45,390 nucleotides of DNA from Deltaproteobacteria bacterium. GTDB taxonomy: Bacteria; UBA10199; GCA-002796325; 1-14-0-20-49-13. Location: assembly GCA_016180865.1 (NCBI GenBank), contig JACPAJ010000065.1, positions 1-45,390 of the forward strand. The letters are read 5' to 3'. The notes beneath the pieces are model-generated. The model was not told the DNA's origin. It was given only the letters and a program-made list of their open reading frames with translations, and searched no databases. This document shows, in pieces, positions 42,151 through 45,390 of the stretch. How positions within the stretch are numbered: position 1 is the stretch's first letter; the number at the start of each line of letters is the position of its first letter. Made by a program: the position numbers and the translations under genes.

Positions 42151-43389
42151 ATGGAACAGCAGACGTTAAATTTTGATGCGGTCATCAAACCTGCGTCGAA
42201 GGCGGAGACCGAAAAGACTCCGCGGATATTTACGGTAGGCGAGATAATTGGCGCAGTGCGAGGTTTGCTTGAGGGAAATTTTGCAAATTTATGGGTGGTT
42301 GGTGAAGTCTCTAATTTGCGCACCTCTCCATCGGGTCATACCTATTTTTCTTTAAAGGACAGCAAGGCGCTTCTTAAATCCGCACTGTTTAAAGGCTTTG
42401 CGTCGAAATTAAAATTCCAAATTAAAGACGGGATGGAGCTTGTCTGCCACGGCAATCTTTCGCTTTACGAAAAGGGCGGCGATTTTAATTTAATAGTCGA
42501 TCATTGCGAGCCAAAAGGCGTCGGCGCCTTGCAATTGGCGTTCGAACAGTTGAAAGATAAACTTGCAAAAGAAGGCCTTTTTGCGGCGGAGAGAAAAAAA
42601 CCGCTGCCGTTTCTGCCGCGAAAAATCGGTATTGTAACCTCGCCGACAGGCGCTGCAATAAGGGATATATTAAATATCCTCGGCCGAAGATTTCCCGACA
42701 TTGATGTGTTGCTATATCCGGTCCGGGTTCAAGGCGATGGCGCGGCGGCAGAGATTGCGCAGGCCATAAATTGGATGAATGCGCAAACCGGCATTGATGT
42801 GATGATCGTCGGGCGCGGAGGTGGTTCATTGGAAGATTTATGGGCGTTTAACGAAGAGATTGTCGCGCGCGCAATTTTTGCATCAAAGATTCCGGTGATA
42901 AGCGCTGTCGGACATGAAATAGATTTTACAATTTCGGACTTTGTAGCCGACAAGCGCGCGCCGACGCCATCAGCGGCGGCGGAAATCGCCGTCCCCAAAA
43001 AAGAAGACCTGAAAAAGCTTACCGCCGATAGATTTCAAAGATTAATGCGCGGGGTTTTGGTCTGCCTGGAAATGAAGCTTAAAACATTTTCACAGACAAA
43101 ATCGCATCTAAAGCCTCCAACGGCGAGGTTTCCCGATTTAACAATGCAGATAGACGGGCTTAGAACGCGCCTGCAAAACGGCTTAAAGAATCTTGTCGAC
43201 CGCTCGGATTCAAAATTGCGCCGGCTTGCAGCGGAGCTTTCCCATTTATCGCCGCTGGCGGTTCTTGCAAAAGGCTATAGCGTGGTTTACAAGGGCGATA
43301 AAGTAGTTAACTCATCGAAATCGCTAAACAAAAACGATGAAATTAAGATAAGGATGAGCGAAGGAAAGATTGCAGCAAAAGTGATTTAA
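42151..43389 (+). CDS. xseA: Exodeoxyribonuclease VII large subunit
   Basis: 412-aa ORF with the OB-fold N-terminus (FTVGEIIGAVRGLLEGNFANLWVVGEVSNLRTSPSGHTYFSLKD) and the catalytic core (IGIVTSPTGAAIRD, RGGGSLEDLWAFN). Confidence 0.9.
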   Translation: MEQQTLNFDAVIKPASKAETEKTPRIFTVGEIIGAVRGLLEGNFANLWVVGEVSNLRTSPSGHTYFSLKDSKALLKSALFKGFASKLKFQIKDGMELVCHGNLSLYEKGGDFNLIVDHCEPKGVGALQLAFEQLKDKLAKEGLFAAERKKPLPFLPRKIGIVTSPTGAAIRDILNILGRRFPDIDVLLYPVRVQGDGAAAEIAQAINWMNAQTGIDVMIVGRGGGSLEDLWAFNEEIVARAIFASKIPVISAVGHEIDFTISDFVADKRAPTPSAAAEIAVPKKEDLKKLTADRFQRLMRGVLVCLEMKLKTFSQTKSHLKPPTARFPDLTMQIDGLRTRLQNGLKNLVDRSDSKLRRLAAELSHLSPLAVLAKGYSVVYKGDKVVNSSKSLNKNDEIKIRMSEGKIAAKVI

Positions 43390-43390
43390 T

Positions 43391-43429
43391 GACTAATTAA
43401 TTGACAATTAGTCGTTAAATTGTTATTAT
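43391..43429 (+). promoter_or_regulatory. Sigma-70-type promoter with an overlapping inverted repeat (operator-like); predicted leaderless transcript
   Basis: The -35 is TTGACA (43401-43406), the spacer is 17 bp and the -10 is TATTAT (43424-43429), 6 nt before ATG 43436. The inverted repeat GACTAATT (43391-43398) / AATTAGTC (43406-43413) overlaps the -35. Confidence 0.55.
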
Positions 43430-43435
43430 TAAGCT

Positions 43436-43960
43436 ATGGATAAAGATGTCATGACAAATGCTTTCAGATCGCTCGATGCCAAGCTGAAAGTTTCTGCCCA
43501 GATATTAATCGGCGGGGGCGCGGCGATGATTTTTGCCCATAATGTTAATTTGAGCACTATGGATATCGACGGGCTGTTAATAAATACGCCTTTGACCGCT
43601 TCCGAGCTTGATCCTCTGGTAAAAAAAGTTGCGAAAGAATTAAAAATTAACCCGCATTGGTTTAACAGCTACTTCAACACCTTTACTTATACTATTCCTC
43701 CGGATTACAAAGAGCGCCTTATTTCCATATACAAAGGCAAAAATCTCGAGGTGTTGGCTCTCGGTTTGGAAGACCTGTTAATTATGAAATGTTTTTCTGG
43801 AAGAGAAAAAGATATCGGACATGCAAAAGCGCTTATTAAACGCGGCGCGAATCTTAAATTTGTCGAAGATCATATCGAAAGGTTGAAAAGCAAAGGCGTT
43901 CCCAACGGCGGAAAGGCGCTCGATTTTTTTGACGATATCAGGGAGCAGGAGGGGGTGTGA
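43436..43960 (+). CDS. Minimal nucleotidyltransferase-fold protein (DUF6036-like by memory)
   Basis: 174-aa ORF. The GG-x13-DxD signature is IGGGAAMIFAHNVNLSTMDIDGL, and the C-terminal region carries MKCFSGREKDIGHAKALI. Confidence 0.65.
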   Translation: MDKDVMTNAFRSLDAKLKVSAQILIGGGAAMIFAHNVNLSTMDIDGLLINTPLTASELDPLVKKVAKELKINPHWFNSYFNTFTYTIPPDYKERLISIYKGKNLEVLALGLEDLLIMKCFSGREKDIGHAKALIKRGANLKFVEDHIERLKSKGVPNGGKALDFFDDIREQEGV

Positions 43961-43964
43961 AGAA

Positions 43965-44672
43965 ATGGCAATGCTGAAGGCTATTCCAACAGAGGCTCAT
44001 TTGAGCCGCATTTATTGGGAACTTGCAAAAATCGGGGCCGATTGTGTAGGCTCAAACGCGCACTGGCCTTATGAAGCCGGTAAAAAAGAATATTTATTGG
44101 CGCTAGGCTGTGAAATGTCCAGATTTGATCCGCGCCTTTTTGGCATTCTTGTCTCCTATTTTTTACAGAACTGGCGTAAGATTAATCCTGTAGATATTCG
44201 TTTGCATTATAAAGATATGGCCTGCCCGCAAACAATTGCAGTTGTGGGAGAATTTGTAACAGCTGTGGCCAAAGACAACGAATTGATTTTCTTCATTCAA
44301 TATTTGAACAGGGGCTTATTCCCGGTGGCATATCAATTTTATTTTCATAATCTCTATGCGCCGGGCGGCAAACTTGCTGCAAGGGCAGTGGAAGAAGGGC
44401 TCCAAGAGTTTAAAAAGTGGGGGTTCTTTGCATGTGAAAGGCCTGTGATAAATTTATCGACTAGAGAAACGGCCGGCTCGTTGGATGCAGCATCTAGATT
44501 GAATATTTTGAAGGGGATTGTTAAGGAAAAGAAGGAAATCTCCATTGGAGATTATCTTGAGGCGACGCGAAATTCAATATCGCGGCAGCAGGCCTTGCTG
44601 GATATAAAAGAAAGCGGGCTTGTAATCCGCGTGGGCAATGGTCGGGGAGCAAGGTGGAAAGCTGCGGCGTAA
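43965..44672 (+). CDS. Hypothetical protein with a probable C-terminal winged-helix domain
   Basis: About 235 aa from ATG 43965, preceded by SD GGAGGGGG. The C-terminal ISIGDYLEATRNSISRQQALLDIKESGLVIRVGNGRGARW looks like a wHTH. Confidence 0.6.
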   Translation: MAMLKAIPTEAHLSRIYWELAKIGADCVGSNAHWPYEAGKKEYLLALGCEMSRFDPRLFGILVSYFLQNWRKINPVDIRLHYKDMACPQTIAVVGEFVTAVAKDNELIFFIQYLNRGLFPVAYQFYFHNLYAPGGKLAARAVEEGLQEFKKWGFFACERPVINLSTRETAGSLDAASRLNILKGIVKEKKEISIGDYLEATRNSISRQQALLDIKESGLVIRVGNGRGARWKAAA

Positions 44673-44702
44673 ATAGCGGTCAGTGATCAGAAGGAGGAAA
44701 CT

Positions 44703-44930
44703 ATGAAACAGGAAAGTTTTGAAGAGTCGCTCGGCAAGTTAGAAGAAATTGTGCGCCATCTGGAAAAGGGCGATCTTTCTCTAGATGGCTCGCTTAAGGC
44801 GTTTGAAGAAGGGATAAAATGGTCGCGCGCCTGCGAACAGAAATTAACCGAAGCAAAAGGAAAAATTGAAATGCTTGTTAAGGCTGAAGGCGGCGCTTTG
44901 AAAGAAGCGCCTTTTAAGGTGGAAGAATAA
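44703..44930 (+). CDS. xseB: Exodeoxyribonuclease VII small subunit
   Basis: 75-aa ORF. FEESLGKLEEIVRHLEKGDLSLDGSLKAFEEGIKWSRACEQKL is the XseB signature. Confidence 0.9.
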   Translation: MKQESFEESLGKLEEIVRHLEKGDLSLDGSLKAFEEGIKWSRACEQKLTEAKGKIEMLVKAEGGALKEAPFKVEE

Positions 44931-44931
44931 T

Positions 44932-45390
44932 ATGGATATAAAAAAATATTTAACCGAAAAGAAGGCTCTCGTTGATAAAACTCTGGAAGAATATTTCGCC
45001 AAAGAACGCGATTTTCCTCCAGCTCTCAAGGAAGCGGTGTTTTACAGCCTTCGGGCCGGCGGCAAGCGCGTAAGGCCGATTTTAACGATTGCCTCTGCCG
45101 AAGCATGCGGAGGCAAAGCGGAAAATGTTCTCGCAATTTGCGCTGCTTTGGAGATGATTCATACGTTCTCTTTAATTCATGACGATCTGCCGGCTATGGA
45201 TAATGACGATTTAAGGCGCGGGCTTCCTACGAGCCATAAAAAATTCGGAGAGGCGGCTGCGATTTTGGCCGGCGATGCGCTGCTTGCGGAAGCTTTTAGC
45301 TGTTTAGCTGCTTCTTTTGGACGCCAAAATCTTATCGAAATCATACGCGATATTGCCGAGGCAACAGGCGCCCGGGGAATGACCGGCGGA
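44932..45390 (+). CDS. ispA: (2E,6E)-farnesyl diphosphate synthase, 3' end outside the window
   Basis: This ORF is not in the track because it runs off the end of the window. My translation from ATG 44932 gives GGKRVRP and the first Asp-rich motif LIHDDLPAMDNDDLRRG. The xseB-ispA order matches E. coli. Confidence 0.85.
   Translation, partial: MDIKKYLTEKKALVDKTLEEYFAKERDFPPALKEAVFYSLRAGGKRVRPILTIASAEACGGKAENVLAICAALEMIHTFSLIHDDLPAMDNDDLRRGLPTSHKKFGEAAAILAGDALLAEAFSCLAASFGRQNLIEIIRDIAEATGARGMTGG

Overview
This is a gene-dense 45.4-kb chromosomal segment from a diderm (Gram-negative-type) bacterium. By eye it is moderately AT-rich. The repeat families suggest an uncultivated lineage, but that is a guess from memory.

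Housekeeping content:
- tolQ-tolR-tolA-tolB, murI, an S41 C-terminal processing peptidase and a 6-phosphofructokinase.
- tRNA-Met(CAT).
- A COG1579 zinc-ribbon gene, RNase HI and RNase P RNA (rnpB).
- A thiolase plus a FadN-type beta-oxidation enzyme.
- An OM beta-barrel, lolA, ftsK and a GGDEF/HD-GYP protein.
- A TPR protein plus a patatin-like lipase.
- xseA, xseB and ispA (3' truncated at the window end).

Three layers are not ordinary.

1. Four near-consensus sigma-54 promoters (TGGCA[C/T]-N5-TTGCT) sit directly upstream of ORFs. One heads a tightly packed nine-ORF envelope operon (2078-9536). It encodes a TPR/PEGA protein, lipoproteins, a TSP3 plus beta-helix lipoprotein, a Pal-like OmpA protein, tail-fibre-like and phage-tail-collar proteins, and a PEGA-domain Hanks kinase. 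A sigma-54-driven BNR lipoprotein and a kinase-AAA-TPR protein follow it. This is my best candidate for an undescribed system.

2. Several families of GC-rich hairpin (REP-like) elements are scattered through the window.
- Some lie in-frame inside conserved genes: thiolase, FadN, the LolA signal peptide, the Pal linker and the 3' end of an HExxH protein.
- One twin-hairpin module occurs both inside the P3 region of RNase P RNA and directly against the 5' end of the tRNA-Met gene.

3. Small accessory cassettes interrupt conserved gene pairs.
- A 2-TM protein plus a SprT-like HExxH protein lies between the thiolase and fadN.
- A minimal nucleotidyltransferase plus a wHTH protein, with its own leaderless promoter and operator, lies between xseA and xseB.

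Four apparent single-base frame disruptions suggest either assembly indels or pseudogenisation. I saw no CRISPR array, rRNA, transposase or integrase. All family assignments come from reading motifs by eye; no searches were run.
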